DNA of 64,000 nucleotides from Alphaproteobacteria bacterium (GTDB lineage Bacteria; Pseudomonadota; Alphaproteobacteria; RF32; CAG-239): NCBI GenBank assembly GCA_045597005.1, contig JAZODJ010000009.1, positions 6,348 to 70,347 of the forward strand, read 5' to 3'. Shown piece by piece: positions 27,816 to 38,386 of this stretch (position 1 is its first letter; each line of letters starts with the position of its first letter). The notes under the pieces were generated by a model. It saw only the letters and a program-made list of their open reading frames with translations, ran no database searches and was not told where the DNA came from. The position numbers and the translations under genes were made by a program.

Positions 27816-28190
27816 CTATTTTACCAACAAAGGATACCATATTGCAAACACGGTTAAAACAATGCCGATTCTCGCAAGTTGTGCTAACCAAATACTTTTA
27901 TCATAAGCAGCCGCACTACGCCAAACGGCGATAATAATCTTATATGAATATCCGACCAAAACCAAAAAAGTAGCCATATAACAAAGCGCCCACCATAAGC
28001 TTAATTTTGATGTATATACAAAATGAAAATGGTGCATAAAAAAGTCATATATGGTACGTCCTTTCAGGTGTGCAGCCAAAAAAGATGCAAATATCTTTAA
28101 GACATAATGCAAAATAATTAAACCCAAAACACCAAATTTCCAAAAAGTTGCACCTAAAGACAACTCACCTTTAAAAAGTTTTGTCAGCAT
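27816..28190 (-). CDS. Hypothetical membrane protein
   Basis: MLTKLFKGELSLGATFWKFG..., 3 TM helices; ATG 28190 behind gagg preferred over 28280. Confidence 0.75.
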   Translation of the reverse strand: MLTKLFKGELSLGATFWKFGVLGLIILHYVLKIFASFLAAHLKGRTIYDFFMHHFHFVYTSKLSLWWALCYMATFLVLVGYSYKIIIAVWRSAAAYDKSIWLAQLARIGIVLTVFAIWYPLLVK

Positions 28191-28273
28191 TTTTTTCCTC
28201 ACTATCACAAAAATACCTTCAATATTATTTTTAATATCGAAGGTATTTTTCTGCAAGCAAATAATCTTGTTTC

Positions 28274-29656
28274 CTAACAATTAGCAATATTAACGGCCAA
28301 ACCGCCAAGAGATGTTTCTTTATATCTGTTACTCATATCTTTTCCTGTGTCATACATTGTTTTTATAACACTATCTAATGAAACAATGTGTTTCCCGTCA
28401 CTTCGCAAAGCCAGTCTTGCCGAATTTATAGCTTTTACGGCACCCATGGCATTTCTTTCAATACAAGGTATTTGCACCAGACCGTTTATCGGATCACATG
28501 TCAGCCCCAAATTATGTTCCATTGCAATTTCTGCAGCTTGTTCAATTTGCTCATTCGTACCACCCATTGCCGCAACTAATCCTGCTGCAGCCATTGAGCA
28601 AGCAACGCCTACTTCTCCTTGACAACCGACCTCAGCACCGGAAATAGATGCATTTGATCGATAAAGAGAACAAATTGCAGCGGCTGTTGTCAAGAATTTT
28701 ATAATACCATCATCGACCGAAAAAGGTGAGGTATGAGAAGCAAAACGTTCAAAATACCTTATTACAGCCGGTAAAATTCCTGCAGATCCCATCGTTGGAG
28801 CTGTAACAACTCTGCCTCCGGCCGCATTTTCTTCTGCAGCTGCAAATCCCCAAAGATTTATCCAATCAATAACTTCCAACCCGTCTTGTTGATTATTCAA
28901 AAATTTTTCACGTACTCTGTCATAAATATCCGGCGCTCTTCTTTTAACTTCCAGCCCACCCGGTAAAACACCATGATTTCTCATTCCGCGTTCTATGGCA
29001 TCATTCATCATTTTATGGATTTTGCGCAAATAGGTATATACATCCTGTTCTTTTTTTATGGAAACTTCGTTTTGCAAAACAACATCAGAGAAAGTTAAAT
29101 CATATTTTTTGCAAATTTCTTGTAATTCGATACAGGTATCAAATTGATAAGGAACATTATATACTGTCTTAGTCAATGAGCAGCCAAATTCATCTTGTCG
29201 CAAAATTGTCCCACCACCGATAGAAAAATATGTTTCCGAAAACAATTCTTTTTTATTCTCATCCCAAACAGTAAATTTCATACCATTGGAATGTTCTTTT
29301 AAGAAAACATCTTTGTTCAAAATCATATCTGTATCTAAACAAAAAGGTATAGGTTTTTGTTGTGCAAGATGCAATATATTGTCCCTTTTTACGGAATCAT
29401 AATATGGTTTTTCGGTATCTACATCTTCCGCAACAAATCCCATAAGTCCGTAAACAATAGCTTTTAACGTTCCATGTCCGATACCGGTTAACGCCAATGA
29501 ACCATACAAATCAACCTTAAGGCTATGCACTTTTTCAAGCAAGTTATCAGCAATAAGATTATCAACGAACCTTTTGGCTGCTTTCATCGGGCCAACGGTA
29601 TGTGAACTTGAAGGTCCGATGCCTATTGCAAAAATTTCTTCCAAAACATAATGCAT
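28274..29656 (-). CDS. sdaA: L-serine ammonia-lyase, Fe-S dependent, single chain
   Basis: [42 protein letters not shown]...QIPCIERN. Confidence 0.93.
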   Translation of the reverse strand: MHYVLEEIFAIGIGPSSSHTVGPMKAAKRFVDNLIADNLLEKVHSLKVDLYGSLALTGIGHGTLKAIVYGLMGFVAEDVDTEKPYYDSVKRDNILHLAQQKPIPFCLDTDMILNKDVFLKEHSNGMKFTVWDENKKELFSETYFSIGGGTILRQDEFGCSLTKTVYNVPYQFDTCIELQEICKKYDLTFSDVVLQNEVSIKKEQDVYTYLRKIHKMMNDAIERGMRNHGVLPGGLEVKRRAPDIYDRVREKFLNNQQDGLEVIDWINLWGFAAAEENAAGGRVVTAPTMGSAGILPAVIRYFERFASHTSPFSVDDGIIKFLTTAAAICSLYRSNASISGAEVGCQGEVGVACSMAAAGLVAAMGGTNEQIEQAAEIAMEHNLGLTCDPINGLVQIPCIERNAMGAVKAINSARLALRSDGKHIVSLDSVIKTMYDTGKDMSNRYKETSLGGLAVNIANC

Positions 29657-31371
29657 TATAAATAAGTCCTTATATCTTTATATGGTTTTATACCAAGCTT
29701 AATTAATGTTTGAGCTATATAGTCGTGCAAAGTACTCCACTCAGAGTTAGTGTCAATAAATTCTTTCGCTTTTGCAGCAGATTTTGATAATTGGATTTCA
29801 ATAGTTTTATCCAATATTTTACTCATTGCACTTTTCATTTTCGTCAGATCCAAAGTTATCTTATTTTCCGGTGTAATTATTATGACACCATGTTGTACCA
29901 ACCAATTAAAATGGATTAAGTCACCAACTCTATGAGGCTGTATCTGTTGCGGTTTTGCTTTAAGCAACATTCTCATAATCCAAGTTACATAAATTTTCTT
30001 AAGCATAATGTCGTCAATAACGCCGGCTTTTACATATTCAGGCATCATTGCTATTGATACTACATCAGCTTTATTTTCTTCGATTATGTGATGATAAACA
30101 CCAAGCGCATTTTTATAACTGCTATCAGGTCCTAAAGAATGGCCGTTTTCATGCCCTATAACAAAAATATGTTCTGCTTCTTCATCATAATATTGATGAA
30201 ACTCTTTTTCCAAAAACGTATCCAACAGGCGTTTTGTTCGCTCTTTATCACCGGACATTCTTACTTGTCGGTGATATACATTTCTGCGCCCCCCACCGGT
30301 CTTAACAGCCAATTTATCATCATTAGGTAAATTTTGAGCAGTTGTGATACTGCCGCGACACTGAGCGTAATCTCCTTGCAATGTAACCAAATCAACATCA
30401 ACCATCGTCTGCTTTACATCATCACCGGAATTCACTTTTTGTTCATATTTATCATTATAAGGCATCAATTTTGCCAAATTTGCCATCAGTTTTTTAAAAG
30501 TCAAAATAAGCTCTGTACCTTTATGGTTTATGATTCCAACTCTGGCTCCAATCATATCCTTTGGATTTACTGCTATATTTTTTTCTTCTAGCAAAGATTT
30601 TAATTCATCATTTTCAAAAATAGTAGGGGTCATTTCATCATCATAATTCTCACGTGATACCGTAAATTCAAGAGGAGTATTTTGTAAATCAGCCCAATGC
30701 TTATCAGCCAGCATATCCATTTCTTCATTATTTTGGATTAAAGCTTGAGCTTGCCATGACAAAAATTCATTAAAATTTTTATCAGTTGAGTAAAATGCTG
30801 CAACTTCAAGCTCATTAGCAACTTCAGAAAACTCTTTTGCAAAATATTCCGTATAATCAATTGCTTTTAATTCTTCACCATTTCTTCGAACCATTGTTCT
30901 GTTAGAAACTATTTTTGCCACTTCACCGTCTTTTCCGGCTTTCAGCATCTTAAATAAGATATCATGAAACTCACTAACAGATAAATCAGCAGGATAAAAA
31001 TTCCGCCCCTTATATCCATGAACACCTTTAAAAATTTCAATCGGTTCCGCATCCAAACCGTTTAATCCGCAAACACCGTTAAGCGAATTAAAAATTTTCA
31101 ATGCTTTTTTTGCATGTTGATTTGTTTTTGCATCTTCTTCAAGAGCTTTTTTTAATTTTCTGTTTAACGGGTGGTCTTGTTCCAATGCAACATCATTTAT
31201 AATTTTGGCGGCTTTGATTAAATGATTAAGGGCTTTTTTGTCTCCTTCATTCAAATTTTTATATCCTTCAAAATCAGCATCAACCATATTAATGGGCATC
31301 ATTTGTTCATTAATCATTTTATCAAGCTTATCTTCATCCAAATTTATCTCAAAACCGCTAATTATTGTCAT
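29656..31371 (-). CDS. Zn-dependent hydrolase of peptidase M49 (DPP III-like) type
   Basis: AQNLPND, GHENGHSLGP, IEENKADV. Confidence 0.7.
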   Translation of the reverse strand: MTIISGFEINLDEDKLDKMINEQMMPINMVDADFEGYKNLNEGDKKALNHLIKAAKIINDVALEQDHPLNRKLKKALEEDAKTNQHAKKALKIFNSLNGVCGLNGLDAEPIEIFKGVHGYKGRNFYPADLSVSEFHDILFKMLKAGKDGEVAKIVSNRTMVRRNGEELKAIDYTEYFAKEFSEVANELEVAAFYSTDKNFNEFLSWQAQALIQNNEEMDMLADKHWADLQNTPLEFTVSRENYDDEMTPTIFENDELKSLLEEKNIAVNPKDMIGARVGIINHKGTELILTFKKLMANLAKLMPYNDKYEQKVNSGDDVKQTMVDVDLVTLQGDYAQCRGSITTAQNLPNDDKLAVKTGGGRRNVYHRQVRMSGDKERTKRLLDTFLEKEFHQYYDEEAEHIFVIGHENGHSLGPDSSYKNALGVYHHIIEENKADVVSIAMMPEYVKAGVIDDIMLKKIYVTWIMRMLLKAKPQQIQPHRVGDLIHFNWLVQHGVIIITPENKITLDLTKMKSAMSKILDKTIEIQLSKSAAKAKEFIDTNSEWSTLHDYIAQTLIKLGIKPYKDIRTYL

Positions 31372-32908
31372 TTTTTATCTCCACTGTTCTAAAACGAAAA
31401 ACCTTAATATTATCCGACCAATGCGATGGGCTTAAACCGGCTTTTATTTTTAATTGTGTTAAAAATTCATCTTTATCGGGAATATCTAGCCAAACTGCCG
31501 GCAAAAATAATCCTTCTCTTTCTCCGTCCTGAATCAACAATCCGTCAATATCAGGCCTTATTTTAGATAACAAATCATCATATGAGTTAAAGCTGATTTC
31601 TTCAAAATTTGTAAGCAAAGAAATTGTTATATCAATATCATCAAGCTCATTTGGTAAAACAGGTTTAAATCTGCTGTCATTCAAAGCTGCAGCATAGGTG
31701 TTATCAGCCAAATCAACAGCAATAGCTTTATTATGTACAACAGATCCGATACATCCACGCAACATCCTATTTTTTTTCAACGTTACAAAAGAAGCACCTT
31801 TGTTAAACAGCACATTATCAAAATCTTTTCTTTCCGGTTCAAAGTGTGCATTTTCACTCACCGCTTTTTCCAAAGATTTTTTTACAATTTCAAACAAAGC
31901 GGTTTTATTATGCCTTGCAAAATTTTGCAAATTTTTATGTTCCAGTTCAATTCCTTTTAACTCAACATCATCTGTAGTTTCTTGATAAATCCACGCTCCG
32001 TACCCGACTACCCTTTCTTTATCGTCAGTAACATCGCCGGAATTAACCATGTCCAACAAATGAGGAATCAACCCCATTTCACGCGCTACAATCATAGCAG
32101 TATTAATTGCTGTTGCGCCACAAGATTGATGATGATCAATTTGTATTCCTGTTTCAATTTGTTTAGCTGTTTTAGCATCCTCTTTTTGTGCCGTATCATA
32201 ATCAAGATAATGAGATAAATCAGCCGAAACAATCAATATACTGTCATCTCTTTCCAAATGAGGTTTTAACACACGTGCAATATCTTCCGGTTTTGCGTTA
32301 CCATACAGCATTGGGATAATCGTAAAATCATCCAGTGTTTTTTGCAAAAACGGAAGTTGAACTTCTAAAGCGTGTTCATTTTTATGAGCTTTTGCACTAA
32401 TTTTAAAAAGACTTTTATTTTGAAGTTCTTCGGTAATATTTACATCTGTTTTTACAAATCCCAATGGTGTCCTAAATTTTTTTGCCGGAGATAAAGCCAC
32501 TCCATCAACAAATATTTGATGAGAAGGTCCCAGCAAAAACACCTTTTTTATTTTATGTTTAAACGGTTGCAATCTTTTATAGGCATGAGCCGCAACCTGA
32601 GCCGAATATTTATATCCTGCATGCGGAACAATCATAATCAAAGGTTTGCCGTTTGTATCAGGAACAACATGTTCCAAATATCCGTCAATATCACTATCCA
32701 GTTGATACAAATCTGCCGGATAAAACATCCCGGCAACAGCCGTTTCTCTGATAGGATTAATATCTTCATCACTCAAGTTGTAATCAACAATATCCTCATT
32801 ATTAGATGATATATGAGCAATATAATAAGAAACATTAAATCCTATTACAATTGCTACAATCGAAACAATCATAAATAACGATGGAAGTTTTTTGCGATCA
32901 AATTCCAT
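31358..32908 (-). CDS. Fused MEMO1 (AmrB) and AMMECR1 (AmrA) protein with N-terminal TM anchor
   Basis: RETAVAGMFYP, IVPHAGYKYS, EHALEVQLPFLQ, SADLSHY, VVGYG; then GASFVTL...LRGCIG, DSRF, GLFLPAVW, LKIKAG; ATG 32908 behind aaagga. Confidence 0.88.
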   Translation of the reverse strand: MEFDRKKLPSLFMIVSIVAIVIGFNVSYYIAHISSNNEDIVDYNLSDEDINPIRETAVAGMFYPADLYQLDSDIDGYLEHVVPDTNGKPLIMIVPHAGYKYSAQVAAHAYKRLQPFKHKIKKVFLLGPSHQIFVDGVALSPAKKFRTPLGFVKTDVNITEELQNKSLFKISAKAHKNEHALEVQLPFLQKTLDDFTIIPMLYGNAKPEDIARVLKPHLERDDSILIVSADLSHYLDYDTAQKEDAKTAKQIETGIQIDHHQSCGATAINTAMIVAREMGLIPHLLDMVNSGDVTDDKERVVGYGAWIYQETTDDVELKGIELEHKNLQNFARHNKTALFEIVKKSLEKAVSENAHFEPERKDFDNVLFNKGASFVTLKKNRMLRGCIGSVVHNKAIAVDLADNTYAAALNDSRFKPVLPNELDDIDITISLLTNFEEISFNSYDDLLSKIRPDIDGLLIQDGEREGLFLPAVWLDIPDKDEFLTQLKIKAGLSPSHWSDNIKVFRFRTVEIKNDNN

Positions 32909-32993
32909 TTTGCCGATTCCTTTTTGCGTTGTTCCATAAAAACTAAGTCCCATTATAATAAATGGGACTTAATTTTTTGCTAAAAAACAAAAG

Positions 32994-34274
32994 CTATTTA
33001 CTTTTACCGATAACCTTTTTACCACCCATATAAGGTTGTAATTTTGCCGGAATATTAACAGATCCGTCTTCATTTTGATGGTTTTCGATAAACATAACCA
33101 AAGCACGAGGTGTGGCAATACCCGTATTGTTCAAAGTATGTGCAAATTTAACTTTGCCTGATGCATTTTCACGATAACGCAAATTTGTTCGGCGAGCTTG
33201 CCAATCTGTAATATTTGAACAAGAATGAGTTTCTCTGTAACAATTCTGACTTGGTAACCATGCTTCCAAATCATATTGACGATATTTAGGAGCGCCCATA
33301 TCACCGGTACAAACTTCCAAAACTTGATATGGCAATTCCAAATCCTGCAAAACTTCTTCAGAAATACTCAAAAGTTTTTTATGCCATTTTTCGCTTTCTT
33401 CAACCTCGCCTTTACAGATAATAAATTGTTCTGTTTTCATAAACTGATGTACACGAATAAGACCGCGAGTATCTTTACCGGCAGCACCGGCTTCACGACG
33501 AAAACATGGTGAAAATCCGGCATACATAATCGGCAAATCATTTTCACTCAACAATTCATCTGCATGCAACGAATTTAATATAAGTTCAGCCGTACCCGAC
33601 AAATAAACATCATCAGCCGGCATATAATAAATTTCGTCTCTTGAAAACGGCAAATAACCTTGCCCATACAATGGTTTTTCTTTAGATATTGAAGGCACGG
33701 AAATAACCGTAAAACCGTGTCCGCGCAACTTATCCAAAACCATCATATGAATAGCTAATTCAAGTTGAGCCAAATCATTTTTCAAAGCATAAGTTCTGGC
33801 GCCGGAAACTTTTGCAATACGTTCCATATCGGTCCATTCATTAAGTTCACACAATTCCACCTGATCACGAGGTTTAAAAGTAAATTCACGCGGAGTTCCG
33901 ACTTTTCTAACCACAACGTTAGCGCTATCATCCGGTCCGACAGGACATTCATCACAAGGATAGTTCGGCATTCTCAATAACATATCGTCAAATTTTGCTT
34001 GCGCTTCATCAAGCAAAACTTGTTCAGCCTTAAGCTCTTCGCCGATAGCCTTACTTTTGGCAATTATTGCCGGTCGTTCATCTGCGGATGATGATTTGAT
34101 AGCATTACTAAGTTTGTTTTTTTCTTCCAATTTCGCTTGTGACGATGTTTTAAGCTTATTTAAATCCAAATATGCTTGTACCAATTCGTCAACCTTTTCA
34201 GGGTTAAAACCTTTTTTAGCCAGAGAGTTTTTAACCCAGTCTGTATTTTCACAGACAAACTTAATATCTATCAT
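32994..34274 (-). CDS. serS: Seryl-tRNA synthetase
   Basis: LSGTAE, CFRREAGAAGKDTRGLIRVHQFMKTEQ, ETHSCSN, HTLNNT. Confidence 0.96.
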   Translation of the reverse strand: MIDIKFVCENTDWVKNSLAKKGFNPEKVDELVQAYLDLNKLKTSSQAKLEEKNKLSNAIKSSSADERPAIIAKSKAIGEELKAEQVLLDEAQAKFDDMLLRMPNYPCDECPVGPDDSANVVVRKVGTPREFTFKPRDQVELCELNEWTDMERIAKVSGARTYALKNDLAQLELAIHMMVLDKLRGHGFTVISVPSISKEKPLYGQGYLPFSRDEIYYMPADDVYLSGTAELILNSLHADELLSENDLPIMYAGFSPCFRREAGAAGKDTRGLIRVHQFMKTEQFIICKGEVEESEKWHKKLLSISEEVLQDLELPYQVLEVCTGDMGAPKYRQYDLEAWLPSQNCYRETHSCSNITDWQARRTNLRYRENASGKVKFAHTLNNTGIATPRALVMFIENHQNEDGSVNIPAKLQPYMGGKKVIGKSK

Positions 34275-34372
34275 TTTAGTAAAAATCCTTCATAAAACTA
34301 TTGATTTGAACAAATAGTTATTGTATCTGTTAGGTAAATAAATTCAACAAAAATTTAAGGATAAGCACCAAA

Positions 34373-35377
34373 ATGTTTGACAATAAAGTTGTTTTAACCG
34401 GAGTAAAGCCGACAGGAACCCCGCATCTTGGCAATTATTTGGGCGCAATTAAGCCGGCAATCGAACTTGGGCAAAAGGCCGGCAAACACTATATGTTTAT
34501 TGCCGATTATCACGCCATAAATGCAGAGAAAGATCCTGCTGTATTAAACCAAAAGCTCAAAGAAATATCTTGTATATACTTAGCAGGCGGTTTAGATCCC
34601 AAACATTCGGTGTTTTATCGTCAATCAGACATTCCCGAAATTCACGAAATTACCACGATATTATATGCCTATACGCCGAAAGGTTTTATGAACAAGGCTC
34701 ATGCTTACAAAGCCTGTGTTGACAAAAACCGTGAGGTCGGCAAACCTGATGACGACGGAATCAATATGGGGCTTTATACATATCCGACCCTTATGGCAAC
34801 AGATATATTGGCTTTTGATACCGACATTGTTCCGGTTGGTAAAGATCAAGTTCAACATGTTGAAATTGCTCGAGATATTGCCGGTGCAATCAACGCTCAT
34901 TACAACAAAGAATTACTTCATTTACCTACTTATCACTTAGCGCAAAATGTTGCGATTGTTCCGGGAATAGACGGTCGCAAGATGAGTAAATCATACGGCA
35001 ATGTTATTCCGTTGTTTGAGGATGACAAATCAATTAAAAAAGCAATTTTTTCAATTAAAACCGATTCGCGTCCGATGGAAGAACCCAAAGATCCGGAAGG
35101 GATTTTGGTTTATGAGATATACAAATCCATTGCCACGCCGGAACAATTACAAGAAATGGGTGATGGTTTGCGTCAAGGCAAACTGGGCTACGGACATATC
35201 AAAAATATGTTACTTGATGCCGTAATCAACGAAATAAAAGAGGCCAGAGAAAAATACAACTATTATATGGCTCATTTTGATGAGGTTGAAGCAATGTTGG
35301 AAGAGGGTGCATCCAAAGCACGTCCGGTTGCCCAAGCAACATTAAAACGTCTCAAAGATGCAGTTTTTGGCAAATAA
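34373..35377 (+). CDS. trpS: Tryptophanyl-tRNA synthetase
   Basis: TGVKPTGTPHLGNY, VPVGKDQVQH, KMSKSY. Confidence 0.96.
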   Translation: MFDNKVVLTGVKPTGTPHLGNYLGAIKPAIELGQKAGKHYMFIADYHAINAEKDPAVLNQKLKEISCIYLAGGLDPKHSVFYRQSDIPEIHEITTILYAYTPKGFMNKAHAYKACVDKNREVGKPDDDGINMGLYTYPTLMATDILAFDTDIVPVGKDQVQHVEIARDIAGAINAHYNKELLHLPTYHLAQNVAIVPGIDGRKMSKSYGNVIPLFEDDKSIKKAIFSIKTDSRPMEEPKDPEGILVYEIYKSIATPEQLQEMGDGLRQGKLGYGHIKNMLLDAVINEIKEAREKYNYYMAHFDEVEAMLEEGASKARPVAQATLKRLKDAVFGK

Positions 35378-35434
35378 TAATTGTCCCAATATCACCATGA
35401 GGAGATTTTATTTATAATTTGTTTAAACGGTTAA

Positions 35435-36553
35435 TTAGATTTTAGCAAAAATTTCTCCACCGATAACTTCGCTCATTGCTCCGGTTGTAAACGGAAACGA
35501 TATCGGCATTTGTTGTATCCGGCGCATTGCCAAAAATGCAAATGCCTGTGCCTCAATTCCCATCGGGTCAAAACCGCATTCTTGCGCACTTTCGATTTCA
35601 AATCCTTTGGCGCGTTGCCTCAAAAATCTCAACATTGTCGGGTTTTTTGCTCCTCCGCCGCAAACAATAAGTTTTTTGGGCGTTATCGGCACAAAATTAT
35701 CAATCGCTTTCAGTATAGCCTCGACCACAAAAGCCGTTGCTGTTGCTGCTCCGTCTTCAAGTGTCAGTCCTTCCAAATGTTCCAATTTGTCCTTAAAAGT
35801 ATGATTGTCTGCTGCTTTTGGCGGATATAATGCCAAAAATTTATGCTTCATCATACTGTTTAATACATTTTCATTAATTTGTCCCATAATCGCCAATTTG
35901 CCGTTATAGTCCATGTGCATTGCACCATGGCGATTAACCCACTCATTAATAGCCGCGTTTCCGGGACCGGCATCAAATGCAATTAATTCACCGTTTTGTC
36001 CGATAAAAGTAATCGAACTAAGTCCGCCGATATCAACAAAAACAAGAGGTTTTTCCATTTTTTGCGCTAATGCCGCATGATAAATCGCCGACAAAGGAGC
36101 TCCTTGTCCTCCTGCCAAAATATCTGCATTTCGAAACTTGCCGACAACCTTTACTCCTAATTCATCGGCAATTCGTTGATTATCACCGATTTGATACAAA
36201 ATATGTTCTGCCGGTTTATGACAAATCACATGTCCGCCAAATCCGATTAATTCGATTCCTTCATAATCAGCCATAATCTCACGCGCAGCACCGATATGAA
36301 AATCAGTCAATGATTTTTCAATCCGAACTTTTTCATCATCATTCATAGCAACATAGTTTTTTTGCATATGACGCAACGCTTCACGCAGATTATCATCATA
36401 CGGAATATCAAATGTCTTTCCAAACTCAAAAATATCAACCCCGTCCGTCGTAATAATTGCCGCATTAATTCCATCCAAAGATGACCCGCTGGTCATCCCC
36501 AAAACTTTGGCTGTGTGTATAGAATTCATAAAAAACAAACTCCTTTCTTGCAT
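35435..36553 (-). CDS. anmK: Anhydro-N-acetylmuramic acid kinase
   Basis: GMTSGSSLDG, FRNADILAGGQGAPL, DIGGLSSIT, DAGPGNA, CGGGAKN, EAQAFAFLA; divergent from tyrS. Confidence 0.9.
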   Translation of the reverse strand: MQERSLFFMNSIHTAKVLGMTSGSSLDGINAAIITTDGVDIFEFGKTFDIPYDDNLREALRHMQKNYVAMNDDEKVRIEKSLTDFHIGAAREIMADYEGIELIGFGGHVICHKPAEHILYQIGDNQRIADELGVKVVGKFRNADILAGGQGAPLSAIYHAALAQKMEKPLVFVDIGGLSSITFIGQNGELIAFDAGPGNAAINEWVNRHGAMHMDYNGKLAIMGQINENVLNSMMKHKFLALYPPKAADNHTFKDKLEHLEGLTLEDGAATATAFVVEAILKAIDNFVPITPKKLIVCGGGAKNPTMLRFLRQRAKGFEIESAQECGFDPMGIEAQAFAFLAMRRIQQMPISFPFTTGAMSEVIGGEIFAKI

Positions 36554-36618
36554 TGCTGAAATAATATGCTAATATGCGTTAACATTTGGTTAGAAATTAA
36601 GTAAAAGAGGAACAAAAG

Positions 36619-37869
36619 ATGGCAGAATTTAAGTCTGAATTTTTAAATATTATGCAAGAACGCGGTTTTTACAATCAATGCACCAATATTGAAGGTTTTG
36701 ACGACTATTTATATGATTGTGAAAAGACAGGAAAACCTGCCGTCGGTTATCTTGGTTCAGACCCCACCGGTGACAGTCTCCATGTCGGACATATTGTTCC
36801 TTTGATGATGTTGCGTTGGTTTCAAAAATGCGGACACAAGCCGTTGGCTTTAGTTGGTGGGGCTACTGCACGCATCGGAGATCCTTCCGGCAAAGACAAA
36901 CTACGTCCGTTTTTGGACGAAGCAACACTGGCTCATAATGTTGAGGGTTTAAAAAAATCTTTTTCCAAGTTTTTAAAATTCGGTAACGACGCTACTGATG
37001 CCATAATGGTTGATAACTGGGATTGGTTCAAAGATATAAATTATCTTGAATTTTTGCGCGATGTAGGAACATGTTATTCTGTCAATCGTATGTTGACAAT
37101 GGATAGTGTCAAAACTCGCTTAGAACGCGAACAACCTATGAGCTTTTTAGAATTTAACTATATGTTGCTCCAAGGTTATGATTTTTGTGTTTTGTTACAA
37201 AAATATGGTTGTCGCGCACAAATAGCCGGTTCAGATCAATGGGGTAATATCACTTCCGGTACAGAACTAGGTCGCCGCAAATACAATACCGAGTTGTTTG
37301 GTTTTACCTCGCCGATTATTACCGATTCGAATGGTAAAAAAATGGGCAAATCCGAAGGTAATGCTGTCTGGATTAACGAAGAAAAACTCCCGTCATACAA
37401 TTATTTTCAATATTTCCGCAATATTGGTGATGCCGAAGTTGGCAAATGTTTGCGTATCTACACCGACTTGCCTATTGACGAAATAAAACGCCTTGAATCT
37501 CTAAAAGATCAAGAAATCAACGAGGCTAAGAAGGTTTTGGCTTTCGAAGCAACCAAAATTTGTCGTGGCGAGGCCGAAGCAATTGCAGCTCGCGATACTG
37601 CAATTAAGGCTTTTGAACAAGGACAAGCCGGTGGCGATTTACCGAGTTTAGATGTTGCAGAGGGTTGCGGAATTTTAGATGCTTTTGTAAATATCGGTTT
37701 TTGCGCTTCCAAAGGCGAAGCACGCCGTTTGATAAAACAAGGTGGCTTAAAGCTTAATGATAAAGCAATCTTAGACGAAAACTATCGTTTAAGCTCTGTC
37801 GATATGCTTGACGGACAGGCTAAAATAGCCATGGGAAAGAAAAAATTTGGTATTATTAAACTCAGCTAA
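36619..37869 (+). CDS. tyrS: Tyrosyl-tRNA synthetase
   Basis: DPTGDSLHVGH, GSDQWGNI, KMGKS, C-terminal S4 domain. Confidence 0.96.
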   Translation: MAEFKSEFLNIMQERGFYNQCTNIEGFDDYLYDCEKTGKPAVGYLGSDPTGDSLHVGHIVPLMMLRWFQKCGHKPLALVGGATARIGDPSGKDKLRPFLDEATLAHNVEGLKKSFSKFLKFGNDATDAIMVDNWDWFKDINYLEFLRDVGTCYSVNRMLTMDSVKTRLEREQPMSFLEFNYMLLQGYDFCVLLQKYGCRAQIAGSDQWGNITSGTELGRRKYNTELFGFTSPIITDSNGKKMGKSEGNAVWINEEKLPSYNYFQYFRNIGDAEVGKCLRIYTDLPIDEIKRLESLKDQEINEAKKVLAFEATKICRGEAEAIAARDTAIKAFEQGQAGGDLPSLDVAEGCGILDAFVNIGFCASKGEARRLIKQGGLKLNDKAILDENYRLSSVDMLDGQAKIAMGKKKFGIIKLS

Positions 37870-37933
37870 TATTGATATTTTAACTTTTAGACCTTAAATT
37901 ATCTGAAAGATAGAATAAACTAAGGGGATAAAA

Positions 37934-38386
37934 ATGCCGGATAATTTGCCGGAATTACGCGACATACACCTTCCTGACGGAATATCATTGTTTCCGCCGG
38001 CTTACGGATGGTGGGTGATTGTTGGCGCAATCATCGGAAGTGTACTATTTTATCGCTTAATCAGGTTGATGTTGCAAAAATCCAAGAAAAGATACGCATT
38101 AAGGCTGTTAAAAACACCTGCTGACAACAATTTTATACATCAAGCATCTGCAATGTCGACGATTCTTCGCCGTATATGCATTTATAAATATCCCGAAGCG
38201 ATTGTTTTGACAGGAAAACAATGGACAGATTTTCTTAATTCAAAATGTAAAGAAAAATTGGATGATAAAACGGCTGAATTATTGCTTAATGCTCCATATA
38301 TGCCGGATAACAGCAATGTTTTTTCTGCAGAAGATATAGATAAACTACAAACATTTTGTCAAAAATGGATAGGAGAAAATTTATGA
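37934..38386 (+). CDS. DUF4381-like membrane protein (bat-operon associated)
   Basis: LRDIHLP...PPAYGWW, LTGKQWTDFL. Confidence 0.8.
   Translation: MPDNLPELRDIHLPDGISLFPPAYGWWVIVGAIIGSVLFYRLIRLMLQKSKKRYALRLLKTPADNNFIHQASAMSTILRRICIYKYPEAIVLTGKQWTDFLNSKCKEKLDDKTAELLLNAPYMPDNSNVFSAEDIDKLQTFCQKWIGENL

Noticed and set aside
36578-36593. One-mismatch CtrA-like box between anmK and tyrS
   Set aside because: Imperfect match in AT-rich DNA upstream of housekeeping genes; chance is likely
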